Shown here one piece after another: positions 61,798-64,000 of a stretch of DNA of 64,000 nt. Numbering within the stretch: position 1 is the first letter of the stretch; every line of letters starts with the position of its first letter. The notes under the pieces are model-generated. The model had not been told where the DNA came from and made no database searches. It saw nothing but the letters and a program-made list of their open reading frames with translations. The DNA comes from the human T2T-CHM13v2.0 reference genome, Homo sapiens, in assembly GCF_009914755.1 (NCBI RefSeq), contig NC_060940.1; one strand, given 5' to 3'. A program made the translations under genes and the position numbers.

Positions 61798-62959
61798 CTG
61801 AAAGAAAGAATGAAAATTAATTTAAAAGCATCTTTTTAATCAAGTAGTGTTTTATAAGTACAAATAGTTTATAATAAATGTATAACAAACATTGTTTAGA
61901 AGAATTTCAAATTTGAGTGAATGCAATTTAATGGTGATAAAACTTTTCATGCATTGTTTAGTGCTGGCTAAAATTTTATACAGACGTGGTTTAAAATGTT
62001 GGGCTGAGCACAGGTTGCAGCCTCTCCCTCTATTCCTAAATCCTTTGAAGTGAAGATGTAAAGGTCATAGAAAAATTCATAACCTAACTAGAAAGCAAAA
62101 GGTGAATCATCAATGGACAAGAAACTAAGTATATGCCAGAAAGATAAGAGACAGACAATTTAGCATTGAAAAAAGGAAACCATAAACCAAAATGTGTGTA
62201 AATAAGATTGCCTCAAAAGATACATGTGCTTCTAAAAGTGGTCCAAGCCCTGAAATGACAGATGCTGGGAGCAGGAGAGACCTCCGGGGAAACCAAATAG
62301 TCTATTATTTGGAGTAGCACTGTAAGAATGGTCAGACAAATCTACCTTCCACACATTTCCTACCTCTTGAGTAAATAAGTAAGGAAGGAAGGAAGGAACA
62401 GAGTTGTCTGCCCAAAAAAACAAGTGTGGCCACCTAAGTTACAAAGGCAAATGAGAACATTTCTGGAGTGGTTGATGACACCCATGAGGAATGGGGAGGC
62501 TCCTGCTCAGAATACCTTCTATTGGCATATCTTATCCAGAATTTCACCTCATCTCTTCTACATTTACTTTATAAAGTGTGAAGTATATCCTGTGTAAAAA
62601 TGCTTTTGGTGCTCCTGCCAGAATCCATTTACCAGGTCAATGAACACATCTCCCAGTGCTTCTTGTTGGCTGCTAATATCTGCAGGTTTCTAGAACCCTT
62701 GTCCTGCTGACAAGCACCTACCTGGGAATACTAGAGAGGTTGCGCACCCCTCTACTTTCCCTCCAGACAGCATCTGCCAATGACGGACTGATGTGAGATT
62801 TGCTTCCGGCTGTACAACTCTATGGCACAGTTTATGCTACAGATTTCCCTGTGGGCTCAAGAAGAGACTAGACTTCTCTAAGACCACATACTGGTCTAGT
62901 TCAGTGGTTCCTGAACTCTGCTGCACATTGTAATCACCTGTTGTATTATTTTTCTCATT

Positions 62960-63225
62960 TTGCTTAACAAGTCATCCCCAAACATAGCAGCTTAAAACAA
63001 CAAATATTTATTGTCTTATGCTTCTGTGGGTCAGGAATCTGGGCATGGCTTAGCTGTATGCCTTGACTTAAGATTTCCCATGAGGTAGGGTGGGGTGGAG
63101 AAGATCTGCTTCCAAGTTTACTCATGTAGCCATTGCAGGCTTCAGTTTTTTCCAATGGGGTTTTCTCCACAGGGCTGCCTCAGGACATGGCAGCTGGCTT
63201 CCCCAGGAATAAGTGATCAAAGAGA
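62960..63225. mobile_element. MLT1-family LTR fragment
   Basis: cccaaacatagcagcttaaaacaacaaatatttatt...tctgtgggtcaggaatctgggcatggcttagctg. Confidence 0.65.
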
Positions 63226-63335
63226 ATTTAATCCACAACATCAATTAAAAACACAAAGTATCTAAGAACAAAACTGTGAAGACAGTCTATACTTTTATAA
63301 AAATTGTGAATATAATAATATAATAATTAAGATAA

Positions 63336-63557
<222 letters not shown>

Positions 63558-64000
63558 TAATATAAAGATGTAATCTCTCCCCAAATGAATTAATCAGAGA
63601 TACACCAATCAAAATCTTTGCAGGGACTTTTACTGAGCTTGAAAAGCTGATTATAAAATTCATTTGGAAGAATAAGATCTTAGAATGAAAGATCAAGTAA
63701 ACTTAAGAAAACCAGATACTATTTTTGTAAAGGTTAAATAGTTAAAACTGAATAATAGTGACATATAAATAGACAAAATAAATTGGAAGAAAAGAGAATA
63801 CAAAGTGTGGAAACAAATCTATGGGATTTGTTACATCATAAATTGGTATTTTAAATCAGTGGGAGAAAGAAAGAAATCTTTCACAAATGGTGTTGAGATA
63901 ACTATTTATGTGGAAAGGAATATAGATAGATCCTTACACATAATAACTGTTAAAAGCTCAAAAGGAAAAGTAGTAATAAGAAAATGTAGTGGGCTAGGCG

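Overview
Human/primate genomic DNA with no intact protein-coding gene. It reads as a segmental-duplication mosaic. From the left: an old L1 ORF2 fragment is fused to a degenerate interstitial telomere array (CCCTAA/CCCTGA), followed by TAR1-type subtelomeric DNA carrying a young AluYa5. At about 2166 the sequence switches abruptly to a duplicated copy of the CISD2/SLC9B1 (4q24-type) locus. That copy holds the last exon and 3' UTR of CISD2 (+ strand; CDGSH motif changed to CDDSH), an old PABPC1 processed pseudogene split by a MER61 LTR, and six exons of an unprocessed SLC9B1 pseudogene (- strand; splice sites intact, one +1 frameshift). Which SLC9B1P paralog this is cannot be decided from the sequence alone. 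The rest is transposable elements. The most notable structures are: (1) a near-perfect 3,392-bp tandem duplication with a chimeric Alu at the junction; (2) two apparent retrotransposon-into-homologous-retrotransposon chimeras, a three-armed Alu and a double L1 with a 3' transduction inside one target-site duplication (TSD); (3) a serial template-switch insertion in a microsatellite; (4) an MLT2A LTR joined to a MaLR internal region; (5) a CpG-retaining PABPC1-derived 5' end whose ATG has become a splice donor. I found no convincing new biological system. These are mutational and evolutionary signatures plus candidate regulatory exaptations. Family and subfamily calls rest on recalled consensus sequences, not database searches.
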